The position numbers and the translations under genes were made by a program. A DNA stretch of 64,000 bases from Acidobacteriota bacterium (GTDB lineage: Bacteria; Acidobacteriota; UBA6911): contig OY761556.1 of NCBI GenBank assembly GCA_963664705.1, forward strand, positions 3,136,001 to 3,200,000, given 5' to 3'. The notes under the pieces are model-generated. The model did not search any database, was not told where the DNA came from, and saw only the letters and a program-made list of their open reading frames with translations. This document shows positions 50,709 to 61,300 of this stretch, one piece after another. How positions within the stretch are numbered: position 1 is the stretch's first letter; each line of letters starts with the position of its first letter.

Positions 50709-50799
50709 CTCCGTTCCGGAGGGCTCAGGGGTAGGCGACCTCCATTCGAAAACTTCAAAGCGGTCTTTACGCAGAGTTGCAGGGATACCAGGAGCGGGA

Positions 50800-53016
50800 A
50801 TGGCATCGGAAGGAACTTCAAAAGACTGGCTGACCGCATTGGCTTCCGCCGAAGTCGGGGATAAGGTCATTCCTACTTTCTGCGCCATGTGCGGACCGGG
50901 TCTGGGCTGCGGGATATATGCCTACGTGAAGAAAGGCAGATTCACGCGAGTGGAGGGGATGAAGGAATCGCCGGTAAATGAAGGACGGCTATGTGCGAAA
51001 GCGCATGCGGCCCCACAGTGGGTTTACTCCCCTCAACGGCTGCTCTTTCCAATGAAGCGGATCGGGAGGAAAGGAGATGGGAAATTTGCGCGAATTTCCT
51101 GGAATGAGGCACTAGATCTCATTTCGACAAAGCTAAAGGAGCAGAAAGAACAATATGGCCCGGAGTCATTGGCAATACTCTCGCCCGCCCGCCGGTCCTA
51201 CAGCGAATTTCTTTATCGGTTCCTGATCGCGCACGGCAGTCCCAACTATGGTCACAGCGGCATTTGTGCCATGCAAAAAACTTTCGCCTTCACCTACACG
51301 CTGGGTGCAGCGCCTGTTCCGGACATTCCAAACAGTAAACTCATCCTTATCTGGGGCAAGCAGCCGGTTTACTCCGGCAGCACAAGAGGTAATCTCAAAC
51401 AGATACTGGACGCGAAGGCACGCGGGGCAAAAATAATATCTATCAAACCGACCATGGAGCCGGATGTTGCGATTTCCGATGCGTGGATTCCTATCAGGCC
51501 GGGAACGGATGCGGCACTTGCCCTCGCAATGCTCCATGTCATCATCAGGGAAAAACTGTATGACGCCTCGTTCGTGGCTCAATGGGCCTATGGATTCGAT
51601 CGGCTTGAACAGCATATTGTCGGCTATACACCAAGATGGGCAGAAGAGATAACCGGAATTCCCGCGAATAAGATCATTGATATTGCACGGTCCTATGCCA
51701 CGGAAAAACCCGCCTGCATTGACCATGGCAATGGCCTTGAACATGCTCCATCATCCAACCATGCGGTTCGTGCCATCGCTATCCTTATGGCGATTACTGG
51801 TAATCTGGACAAGCCCGGCGGCGATATTTTCCCGGGGGCACCCGCCCTGCCTATGCCCAAAAGCGTCCATCTGCGCGAACGCTATACGCAGGAATGGGTG
51901 GATAAGCTGGCCGGGGAAGAGTTCCCCAAGGCCTTTCAGCCCTGGGTTGAAGGAACCTCCGCCGCATATTACCGCCTGTTCGATAGCATTCTTACAGAGA
52001 AACCCTATCCACTGAGAACGCTAATTGCCCCCGGCACTCAGCCGACTGTCAGCACGCGCGGATCGAAAAATGTCATTGCGGCTCTGCAAAAACTCGATTT
52101 CTATGTCGTGATCGATGTCATGCGCACCGCTGAAATCAACTATGCCGATGTGGTGATCCCCGTGGCAACAATGTACGAAACGGATCATCCCTTTGAATAT
52201 TCCGGCAACTGGATCATGGCTCGCAACAAGGTGATCGAGCCCCTGGGAGACTATAAGTCCGACTATGAGTTCTGGATCGAGCTCGGGATGAAGATGGGTT
52301 ATGGGCAAGATTTCTGGAACGGCAGCATGGAGGAGTGCATCAAGGACCAGCTCAGCCCGTTGGGAATATCCATGGAGGAATTGCGGGCCAGACCCACAGG
52401 CATGACATCACCCCCCAAGCCGATGGAGTATGAAAAATATGCCGGGATCTTCAGCCGGCTCAGCACGCGCTTTTCGAAGGCCCCATACCTGCCGCAAGGC
52501 AAGGTTGCAATCTATAATACGACCTTTGAGGAAAACGGTTTCAGCCCCCTCCCCATCTGGGTTGAACCGCCAGAAAGCATAACCGGCACACCCGACCTGC
52601 GGAATAAATATCCGCTGATCTTTTCCGATTTTCACACATCAAAAGTATATAACGCCTCCTGGCTGCGCAACATACCCTGCCTGCGAGAGATTCTCCCTTA
52701 CCCAACATTGCAGATGCATCCTTGCACCGCACGCGAAAGAGGCATTGATGATGGGGACTGGGTCGTCGTTGAATCGCCCCACGGGCGCCTTAAAATCAAA
52801 GCTCAGGTCAATCCGGGAATCAGGCCTGACACGGTTATGGCGCTGCATGGATGGTGGCAGGGATGCGAAGCGCTAAACCTGTCAGACTATCCACTTCTCG
52901 AAGGCGGGGCTAACACCAATACCATGTACAGCGTTGATTTCAACAAAGCCTTCGACCCGATCGTCACCGCCATGTCGAGTCAGACTCTTGTACAGGTAAC
53001 AAAGGCGTTAGCCTGA
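50800..53016 (+). CDS. Molybdopterin oxidoreductase (DMSO reductase superfamily), cytoplasmic
   Basis: CAMC...C...LCAK 4Fe-4S motif, ISWNEALD, IRPGTDAALA, ADVVIP, HGWW; no Tat signal. Confidence 0.92.
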   Translation: MASEGTSKDWLTALASAEVGDKVIPTFCAMCGPGLGCGIYAYVKKGRFTRVEGMKESPVNEGRLCAKAHAAPQWVYSPQRLLFPMKRIGRKGDGKFARISWNEALDLISTKLKEQKEQYGPESLAILSPARRSYSEFLYRFLIAHGSPNYGHSGICAMQKTFAFTYTLGAAPVPDIPNSKLILIWGKQPVYSGSTRGNLKQILDAKARGAKIISIKPTMEPDVAISDAWIPIRPGTDAALALAMLHVIIREKLYDASFVAQWAYGFDRLEQHIVGYTPRWAEEITGIPANKIIDIARSYATEKPACIDHGNGLEHAPSSNHAVRAIAILMAITGNLDKPGGDIFPGAPALPMPKSVHLRERYTQEWVDKLAGEEFPKAFQPWVEGTSAAYYRLFDSILTEKPYPLRTLIAPGTQPTVSTRGSKNVIAALQKLDFYVVIDVMRTAEINYADVVIPVATMYETDHPFEYSGNWIMARNKVIEPLGDYKSDYEFWIELGMKMGYGQDFWNGSMEECIKDQLSPLGISMEELRARPTGMTSPPKPMEYEKYAGIFSRLSTRFSKAPYLPQGKVAIYNTTFEENGFSPLPIWVEPPESITGTPDLRNKYPLIFSDFHTSKVYNASWLRNIPCLREILPYPTLQMHPCTARERGIDDGDWVVVESPHGRLKIKAQVNPGIRPDTVMALHGWWQGCEALNLSDYPLLEGGANTNTMYSVDFNKAFDPIVTAMSSQTLVQVTKALA

Positions 53017-53027
53017 AGGGAGCCCCC

Positions 53028-53609
53028 ATGCAGAGGCAGCTTGGATTTTTCTTCAACAGTGATCGATGTGTTCAATGCCATGCATGCGAAGTGGCATGTA
53101 AATCCTGGGATGAGCTGGAGCCCGGTATTGCATGGAGAAAAGTGAGGGACGTCTGGGCCGGGACCTTTCCCGATGTTACAAATAAAACGCTTTCCTTCGC
53201 CTGCATGCACTGTGCACAGCCCGCCTGCATCCGTGTGTGCAAAGCCAAAGCAATTTCGAAGCGTCCCGAGAACGGAATCGTTGTGGTGGAGCAGGAGAAG
53301 TGCGTTCATTGTCATTCCTGCCTCACCGCCTGTCCGTTTCACATACCGCAATATGGGCAATCAGGATCCATGCAAAAATGCAATTTTTGCATGGAAAAAC
53401 TGGCTCAGGGGAAGCAGCCGTCCTGTGTGGCTACCTGCCCGGGGGAAGCCCTGAAATGCGGAACAATGGAGGATCCGGTCAGGACTGCCGAGAACGGGGC
53501 CCAGACGGGATTCTTATTCAAGACGGGTGCATCCATGCTCGTATCAGGAAGACTGACGGAAAAGGAATTCTGGGCATTGATAAACCGGGACCAAGGCGAG
53601 GAGAGATGA
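53028..53609 (+). CDS. 4Fe-4S dicluster protein (DmsB-like)
   Basis: CVQCHACEVAC, CMHCAQPAC, CVHCHSCLTACP, KCNFC, CVATCP. Confidence 0.92.
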   Translation: MQRQLGFFFNSDRCVQCHACEVACKSWDELEPGIAWRKVRDVWAGTFPDVTNKTLSFACMHCAQPACIRVCKAKAISKRPENGIVVVEQEKCVHCHSCLTACPFHIPQYGQSGSMQKCNFCMEKLAQGKQPSCVATCPGEALKCGTMEDPVRTAENGAQTGFLFKTGASMLVSGRLTEKEFWALINRDQGEER

Positions 53610-53640
53610 AGGTGGCGGCGAATTCCCCGCCGCCTTCATC
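53605..53640. terminator. Hairpin between convergent operons
   Basis: GATGAAGGTGGCGG / CCGCCGCCTTCATC. Confidence 0.65.
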
Positions 53641-53662
53641 CTCTCTCGTTCCACGCGATTTC

Positions 53663-54616
53663 CTATAACCGATTTTTGATCTTGGAGCGCACATACCCTT
53701 CCGGAAAGGGCTCGACTTTGTGCCCTACAATCGTGTATTCCTTGTCCTTCTGAGTAAAGGAGCCTTCCAGTTCCATATATCCCTGCGGATCGAACATAGG
53801 CGTGGCGCTGAAACCCATAATGCCGGTTGCCGGTGCGTGGGTGAATGTATAGGCGACGCTCTGATCCTTGAAGTTCGCCAGGCCATGCTCGAGCATTCCT
53901 TCCATGGCAGCTTTCAGCGTGTAATGCGTCGATGCACACTTGAAGCCGAGTTCGGTCATCTGCTCCATCGTAACGTTGGGAGTTCCGTTATCGGCGCGAA
54001 CATCAGCAAAGATCTTCCATCCGGGCACACGGGCAGACATAAACTTCGCCTGGTCATAGGTTCCAACCTTGACAATCATTGCCATATCCGCACCCATTTC
54101 CATTGCTTCCCGCATGCGGGTGCAGCCCTCTTCAAATTCCTCAAGATCATCCGGATCGGCATTGGACCTGGCAATCAAAAGGCAGTTGCTCCCCTGAAGC
54201 GCTTCCACTGCGGCGCGGATCTTGGCATAGTACATTTCCCTGGGCAGCAGCCGCGTTGTGTTTTCCATATCTCCGGCATCTTCCAACTGAACTGCCGCCG
54301 CGCCGGCAGCCGCCAGCCGCCTAGCCGACCGGAATACAGCCAACGGGCCGCCAAAACCGTCCTCGATATCAGCGATAAGCGGGATGGAACAGGTCTGGGA
54401 AACACGGCTGACAACCCATTCCAGATCGGTAAGGTTCGTAAAGCCGTAGTCAATCACTCCATTCATGGCGATCGACGTTTCGCCGCCACTTAACAGCATA
54501 ACCGGAAAGCCGCACATCTCCACGGCTCTTGCCGAGGCACAGTCATACACACATGGCACCAGAAAGCATTTCGTGCTCGTTTCGAGGATCTTACGAAGCG
54601 TGATTTTGCTGGACAT
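53663..54616 (-). CDS. Isocitrate lyase/PEP mutase superfamily protein
   Basis: VPCVYDCASA, LSGG, DYG, ADIEDGFG, QLED, IARSNA. Confidence 0.85.
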   Translation of the reverse strand: MSSKITLRKILETSTKCFLVPCVYDCASARAVEMCGFPVMLLSGGETSIAMNGVIDYGFTNLTDLEWVVSRVSQTCSIPLIADIEDGFGGPLAVFRSARRLAAAGAAAVQLEDAGDMENTTRLLPREMYYAKIRAAVEALQGSNCLLIARSNADPDDLEEFEEGCTRMREAMEMGADMAMIVKVGTYDQAKFMSARVPGWKIFADVRADNGTPNVTMEQMTELGFKCASTHYTLKAAMEGMLEHGLANFKDQSVAYTFTHAPATGIMGFSATPMFDPQGYMELEGSFTQKDKEYTIVGHKVEPFPEGYVRSKIKNRL

Positions 54617-54644
54617 AATCCCATTCCCTTCCCTGTGATTGGAT

Positions 54645-55331
54645 CTATTGCGAAAATTCCGCAAGGCCTTCAATGGCGTATGCCCGAACCGGGGATGAAT
54701 CGAGCCCCTTGATAGGCAATGGCGAATACGACATGAAAAATATATCGGTGGACAAACGATCGAGATTTTTGAGCACTTCGAGAAAAACTATGTTCCTGGC
54801 CATCAGAACATCGTGAAATGCAGATACATCCTCATTGTTGTTCTCAATCGACACACCATCTCCGAACCCCACGCACTTAACGCGCATTTCGGCAAACCAC
54901 TCCGCAACTTCGCGGCCAATAAACAGCCTTTTGTCTTCGACCGTATTGGTCTTTTTCGTGAACGGCTCAATCCCGTAGGGCGAATCGATAAGCACAATAT
55001 CGTCAGCCTGTATTCTACCGGCAGAGGCCTTTTCCATATCCGCGGGCATAATGTGACTGTTGGGGTTCAGATGAATCAGCTTCACGTAGACCGCCCGCCC
55101 CATAAAACTGGTCAGCGGCAGGGCCTGCACGTCCGGCCAGCTGTCGTTGTGATGGTATGGACATTCCACGTGGGTTCCCAGGTGACTCATCAGGTCCATA
55201 TGGGTGTGGAAGTCCGGAATCGGGCCGCCAGTATTAAAGCGAAATAAATGACAGCGCCGTGTCTCCGTTTGCGGGTCCAGACTTTTGGAGAGATCAATGA
55301 CTCTCAGTTTCCCCATTTGATAGACGCTCAT
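54645..55331 (-). CDS. Cyclase family protein (kynurenine formamidase-like)
   Basis: IDLS, SHLGTHVECPYH, FLEVL.NL, PLPIKGLDSSPVRA. Confidence 0.85.
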   Translation of the reverse strand: MSVYQMGKLRVIDLSKSLDPQTETRRCHLFRFNTGGPIPDFHTHMDLMSHLGTHVECPYHHNDSWPDVQALPLTSFMGRAVYVKLIHLNPNSHIMPADMEKASAGRIQADDIVLIDSPYGIEPFTKKTNTVEDKRLFIGREVAEWFAEMRVKCVGFGDGVSIENNNEDVSAFHDVLMARNIVFLEVLKNLDRLSTDIFFMSYSPLPIKGLDSSPVRAYAIEGLAEFSQ

Positions 55332-55495
55332 ATTTTCGCCTCGCAGTATAAATATTCGCTGATTTACGATGGCCAGCTTAAATGGAAGAGCGAAATAGGG
55401 CAATTCCTATTTCCCGCCCAATGCCTTGGACGATTATTAAAACTTGTGGCCGGCCCCGCAAGCCGATTATCCCGGTCTCAACAAAACAGAGGACA

Positions 55496-55900
55496 TCAGG
55501 GGGTTACCATGACCATCCACGACACGCCAAATCGATCCCGGACCATTCCAAAATGCGGAGAATAGAAAGTTCGGCTCAAAGGCATCTGCACTTCACCTCC
55601 CTCGGCCAATGCGTCGAACATCTGTTTTGCTCTGTCTCCATCCGGGGGCAGGAGGCATAAGGAAAAACCCTGGAATTTCGGCTCTCCGCTGCAGAGACCA
55701 TCGGAAACCATTACGGTCACGTCGCCCACTCTCAGGCTTGCGTGCATTATTTTGTCGCCGGCGCCATGTGCATTCGGCCCCTGGTCCGGTCCATCCTGGT
55801 ACCGCATTAATGAGGTTAATTCCGCCCCAATTGCCGTTTGGTAAAATTCAATCGCCTCATCACAGCGCCCTTCGAAAAACAGGTATGGTTCTATTTTCAT
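55496..55900 (-). CDS. VOC family protein (PhnB-like)
   Basis: PYLFFEGRCDEAIEFY, IMHA, FDALAEGG, DRFGVSW. Confidence 0.9.
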   Translation of the reverse strand: MKIEPYLFFEGRCDEAIEFYQTAIGAELTSLMRYQDGPDQGPNAHGAGDKIMHASLRVGDVTVMVSDGLCSGEPKFQGFSLCLLPPDGDRAKQMFDALAEGGEVQMPLSRTFYSPHFGMVRDRFGVSWMVMVTP

Positions 55901-56059
55901 GTCTGTCGATCCTCTCCGCGAGACTATGCCAACATGGTATCCAGAGCACATGCGCAGAGTCAATTCTCGACACTGTCTCGCGTTGGCGGGACTCCCTTTC
56001 TTGTAGATCCAGCAAATTCCCTATAGAATCCGAATAGATTAAGAAGCAGGAGGACGCAA

Positions 56060-56116
56060 ATGAAACCGGCAGCCGGGCGGAAGTCCTTCTCGAAGCATAA
56101 TCTCTATTGCCTGTGA
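56060..56116 (+). CDS. Possible 18-aa upstream peptide MKPAAGRKSFSKHNLYCL
   Basis: AGGAGG 6 nt before ATG; its stop overlaps the RBS of the TolC-family gene. Confidence 0.3.
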   Translation: MKPAAGRKSFSKHNLYCL

Positions 56117-56124
56117 GGAGAGCG

Positions 56125-57390
56125 ATGAGTTCCCAAATATTCAATCCGCATAGACTCGGGCTAGGCATCGCGGGCTTGCTGGCCTTCCTGCTGAGCAGTT
56201 TTGTTTTGCAGGCACAAGATCTGGATTCCCTTGTGAATGTGCTACTGGAGAGAAATCCTTCAATCCTTGCCGCGCGCAGAGCCGCGGATGCCAGTCGCGC
56301 CAGGATCACACCGGCCCGTACACTCCCTGAACCCACCGTCAGTTTTGAGACCATGGGAGACCTGCTTCCGCCTGTGCTCATGGCAGGGGATGCCTCGAGC
56401 GCTCGTGTGCTGCGGTTTTCCCAGGAATTTCCTTTCCCCGGAAAACTGAAGCTGCAGGGACAGGCCGCTTCCGCCGAAGCATCCGCGCAGATGTGGAAGT
56501 ATGAAGAGGCACGGCGCGATGCCGTTGCCGAATTGAAGTCTGCGTATTATGACCTGTTTCTTGCCCAAAAACTGACTGCCGTCATTGAAAATTCGAAAAG
56601 ACTTCTTCAGCAGTTTACGGAAATCAGCGAGTCGCAGTACAAAGTCGGGAAAGGAGCGCAGCAGGACATTTTGAAGGCAGAGGTCGAAGCTGCCAAGCTA
56701 ATCGATCGTCTGGCCGGGCTCGAGCGGGAGCAGGGATCCGCACAGGCAAAAATCAACACTTTGCTTTATCGATCCCCGGAAACCCCGGTGATGGCACCGA
56801 CAGATCTGCCGCCGCCAAAACTCGCGCATACCTTGGACGAATTATATAAGAAAGCCGAGAGCAATAATCCGCAGGTGCGGGTAAATCAGAAGGAAATTGA
56901 GCGCAGCGAATACAATGTCGCCCTGGCTAAGAAATCATTCTACCCCGATTTTGAAGGGGAGTTTTCCTATTTCAACAGACGCGATATGCCGGAAATGTAC
57001 GGATTGATGTTCAAAGCCAAGGTGCCGATCTATTTCTGGCGCAGGCAGCGCCCCGAGCTGGAAGCCGCCACATCCAGCCTGCTCGAGCAGCGCCGATCCT
57101 ATGAAAGTACCCTTTCGACGCTATATTTCAGGCTGAAGGACCCGTTTCTAAAAATTACCGCCGACACGAAACTGCTGGAACTCTATGGCAAAACCATCAT
57201 CCCCCAATCCACCCTTGCCCTGGAATCTTCGATTTCAAGCTATCGAACCGGGACGGTCGATTTCCTGTCGCTCTTAAGCAATCAGCAGACGGTGCTGGAA
57301 TTTGAAATGAAGTATTATGAAGTCATGGTCGACTATTATAAATCTTTGATCGCGATTGAATCCCTGATAGGCGAAAAGCTGACTCCCTGA
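56125..57390 (+). CDS. TolC-family outer-membrane efflux protein (CusC/CzcC-like)
   Basis: NPSILAAR, TLPEP, SQEFPFPGKL, YKVGKG.QQD, YRTG.VDF. Confidence 0.9.
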   Translation: MSSQIFNPHRLGLGIAGLLAFLLSSFVLQAQDLDSLVNVLLERNPSILAARRAADASRARITPARTLPEPTVSFETMGDLLPPVLMAGDASSARVLRFSQEFPFPGKLKLQGQAASAEASAQMWKYEEARRDAVAELKSAYYDLFLAQKLTAVIENSKRLLQQFTEISESQYKVGKGAQQDILKAEVEAAKLIDRLAGLEREQGSAQAKINTLLYRSPETPVMAPTDLPPPKLAHTLDELYKKAESNNPQVRVNQKEIERSEYNVALAKKSFYPDFEGEFSYFNRRDMPEMYGLMFKAKVPIYFWRRQRPELEAATSSLLEQRRSYESTLSTLYFRLKDPFLKITADTKLLELYGKTIIPQSTLALESSISSYRTGTVDFLSLLSNQQTVLEFEMKYYEVMVDYYKSLIAIESLIGEKLTP

Positions 57391-57425
57391 GCATTGCGCT
57401 GACTGCCGATAAAAGGAGCTCCAGA

Positions 57426-58127
57426 ATGCTGCGGACTGTATCTCTACTCCTGATAGCTTTACTCTCCGGCCCTGTTGCCTCGGCGCAGGACTTTCAATAC
57501 TCCGTTCGACATCGTCATACGCTCAAGGATTGCCGGGGGCTGCTGAAAATAAACGCCGAAGGAATTTCATTTACCGCAACAAAGGGCAAAGACAGTCGCA
57601 AGTGGACGTTTAATGATATTCGCATATTGGAAATCCAGTCCCCTTCCAGCCTGGCGATTGTGTCCTATGAAGATCAAAAACGCTGGCTGGGCAAAGACAA
57701 GGTCTTTGAATTCGATATTGTCGATAAAAGGCTGACGGCGGACTTAAGCGTGTTTCTGCTAAACAGGGTGAAACGCCCCATGAGAATTGCGGTAATTCCC
57801 GACATTGCGGAAAAACCTGCCTATGAATTTGCGGTCAAGCACCTGCATCCGGTTTCGGGCACCCGCGGAGTTTTGCAGATCTATTCGGACAAGATCATTT
57901 ACCGGACGCAGATATCAGGAGACTCCCGCTACTGGCGCATCCAGGATATAGAACGGTTCAGCCAACCCGACCGGTTCCGTTTCCAGATTGTCAGTTTTCT
58001 GGAAAAAGCCGGAGGCCCGCATGAAAGCTACGATTTTCAGTTGATAGAGGATCTGCCTGATGGGGTGTACGATTTCCTCTGGGTGCACCTGCATCCGTCT
58101 TCCTACTATTCCGGCAATGGAAACTAA
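57426..58127 (+). CDS. Secreted hypothetical protein with internal tandem duplication
   Basis: Signal peptide; two repeats V.H.H....G.L.I....I......DSR.W...DI. Confidence 0.75.
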   Translation: MLRTVSLLLIALLSGPVASAQDFQYSVRHRHTLKDCRGLLKINAEGISFTATKGKDSRKWTFNDIRILEIQSPSSLAIVSYEDQKRWLGKDKVFEFDIVDKRLTADLSVFLLNRVKRPMRIAVIPDIAEKPAYEFAVKHLHPVSGTRGVLQIYSDKIIYRTQISGDSRYWRIQDIERFSQPDRFRFQIVSFLEKAGGPHESYDFQLIEDLPDGVYDFLWVHLHPSSYYSGNGN

Positions 58128-58140
58128 ACACCCGCCCACC

Positions 58141-58284
58141 GGGAGCGATGCCGTCCCGGCTAATGCTGCATGAGGGCGAAGCCCTTCGGAGTGACGTGGC
58201 TTGCCACCGTCTTCGGCTTTTATGGTTTTCAAAGGAGAGCAGCAAGCGGCCGCACTCCACAGTGCTCATTCGGGCGCGGCATTG
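58141..58284. repeat. REP-like motif, MITE-type end and hairpin (second copy or remnant)
   Basis: GGGAGCGATGCCGTCCCGGCTAATGCTGCATGA nearly equals the reverse complement of 15232-15264; GGAGTG (58188) / CACTCC (58253) hairpin. Confidence 0.65.
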
Positions 58285-58316
58285 ACCAAGGTTCATTATG
58301 GAGATGCGAATGCGAA

Positions 58317-61300
58317 TTATGCCTCGAGCGCGAGATGGCGCACTTCCGATCGCCATTTCCAGAGGTAATAGATGGCCGGATAAACGAGCAATTCCATCAG
58401 GAAAGATGTAGCAAGACCGCCAACCATAGGAGCTACCACGCGTTTCATCATGTCCGAACCAGTTCCGATGGACCACATGATCGGCATCAACCCCATGAAC
58501 GCTGCCGCGACCGTCATCATCTTCGGCCGGACTCGCTTCACAGCCCCGTGAATAACGGCTTCAACCAGGTCCGATTTACTTTTAAGCTCCCCCTTGCGCC
58601 TGGCTTCTTCATACGACAGATCCAGGAACAGCAGCATGAACACGCCCGTTTCCGCATCGAGCCCCATCAGAGCGATCATGCCGACCCACGCCGCAATGGA
58701 GATGTTATAGCCGAGAATCCACATCAGCCACAGTGCCCCGATGAGGGAAAATGGGACCGCGAGCATCACGATCGACGCTTTCATCGCCGACTTCGTGTTC
58801 ATATACAACAGCGCAAAGATCAGAAAGAGGGTAATGGGGACTACGATCTTGAGCCGCTCGCGCACGCGGAGCATGTTCTCATATTGCCCGCTCCAAACGA
58901 GCGAATAGCCGGCCGGGATTGCGAGCTTTTCGCGCACAACCTGCTTGGCCCGTTCAACGTATCCTCCGATGTCCTTGGACGCCAGGTCGATGAAAACATA
59001 GCCTGCAAGCATGCCGTTTTCATCGCGGATCATGGAAGGTCCGCTGACACGCTTGATCTCGGCAATTTCCGAAATGGGAATCTGAGCTCCGCCCGGAATT
59101 GGAACCAGCACCTGCCGCAGCCGTTCCATATTGTCCCGCAACTCGCGCGGATAGCGAACGTTCACGGGGTAGCGGGCACGCCCCTCAATTGTCGTGGTGA
59201 CATTCTCGCCGCCAATGGCGGAGGTAACCACATTCTGGGCATCGGCCACAGACAGTCCGTACCGCGCCAGCTGGTCGCGCTTTAAGGTAAAATCGACAAA
59301 ATATCCACCCGCAACGCGTTCAGCATAAACCGATCGCGTCCCGGGCACATTTCTCATGATCGACTCCAGGCTGGAGCCAATCTTCTCGATCTCAGCGAGA
59401 TCCGAACCGAATATCTTAATTCCTATGGGCGTTCGGACTCCCGTGGTCAGCATGTCGATTCGAGCGCGAATCGGCATTGTCCACGCATTGGTGACGCCCG
59501 GTATCTGAACCGTGGTATCCAACTCCGAAATGAGTTCATCCCATGAAATCCTGTCAGGCCAGATACGCCGGAATACAAGATTCTTCAGCCATTCCGGAGA
59601 CCACCGCGAATACCATTGGTCTTTATGTCGCCACTCCGAAACTGGTTTGAGGAGAATGGTGGTTTCCATCATTGAAAAGGGCGCGGGATCGGTCGAGGTT
59701 TCCGCACGGCCCGCCTTTCCAAATACCCTTTCCACCTCGGGAATGCGCATGATCAAGCGGTCCTGCACCTGCAATACGCGCTGGGCCTCAGACACGGATA
59801 TGCCGGGCAGAGTGGTGGGCATGTACAGAATCGTCCCCTCATTCAGCGGAGGCATGAATTCGCTTCCCAACTGGAAATAAACCGGAATCGTGACCAGGAC
59901 CAGGAGAAGAGCGACGACGATAGTTGTTTTCGGGTGTCGGAGCACAAATCGAGCCGGAGGATCATAAATCCTGAACAGGATTCTGCTGATCGGATGTTTC
60001 TCTTCTTTGTAGTATTTGCCCACCAGCACCTGATTCACCACCCACGCAACAGGTTTTGGACGGAAGCGAAAATAGTCCATCCGCGCAAACAGCATGCGCA
60101 TGGCCGGATCCAGAGTCACGGCCAGGATGGCCGCAATGGCCATCGCAAAATTTTTGGTAAATGCCAGTGGCTTGAAAAGCCGCCCCTCCTGATCCACCAG
60201 GGTGAAGATTGGAAGGAACGCGATGGCAATCACGAGGAGTGAGAAGAACACCGAAGGCCCTACCTCTTTGAGTGCCTCCAGGCGGATTTCGTGAAAATCG
60301 CCCTGCCTTCCCCCCTCGACCCAAAGCTCCAGCTTCTTATATGCGTTCTCGACTTCAACAATGGCGCCATCAACAAGGACGCCGATGGAAATGGCAATCC
60401 CGGCTAAAGACATGATGTTGGAATTGAGTCCCAGCATATACATCGGAATGAAAGACAGCAGCACGGAGACAGGGATGGTAACAATCGGAATCAATGCCGA
60501 AGGAATATGCCAAAGAAATATCAGGATAACGAGGCTTACAATAACGATTTCTACGATGAGTTCATGCTTTAGCGTATCGATGGATCGTTCGATTAATTCC
60601 GACCGATCGTAGGTGGGAATGGCCTTTACTCCATGCGGAAAAGATGGCTCCAGTTCCCTCAGCCGTTCCTTGACTCGCGCGATGACCTTATCTGCATTTT
60701 CACTATGGCGCATCACCACGATGCCGCCAACGACATCGCCGATCCCATCCAGATCTGCGACTCCCCGGCGAATCTCGGGACCTCGCTCAATACGCGCGAC
60801 ATCTCTCAACAGGACTGGCGTGCCGGCATTGTTTGTTTTTAGAACGACCTGTTCGAGATCCCGTTCTGACTTGACATAGCCGTGGCCGCGAACCATGTAT
60901 TCGCGTCCGGAAAATTCGATCAGCCTCCCACCGCTTTCCTGGTTCGCATTGCGAACAGCCTCGCTGACCTCCATGATAGGAATGCTGTAGGCTTTCAGTT
61001 TATCCGGATCGACCACCACCTGATACTGATTCTGAAATCCTCCGACCGTGGCCACCTCCGCAACCCCCGGGACAGACTGCAGCGCATACCGCAGGTTCCA
61101 ATCCTGGTAGGAGCGAAGTTCTGCAAGGCTGTGCGTACCGCTTTTGTCGACCAGCGCATACTGGTAGATCCACCCCACACCGGTTGCATCGGGCCCGATC
61201 TCAGTTTTTACCTCCGGCGGTAGCGACGAGATTACTTTGCTGAGATACTCCAGCACTCGGCTTCGCGCCCAATATATGTCGGTACCATCTTCAAAAATGA

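Noticed and set aside
58170-59285. 371-aa His/Arg-rich plus-strand ORF that looks metal-binding
   Set aside because: Antisense to cusA; the His/Arg richness follows from reverse-complemented hydrophobic codons
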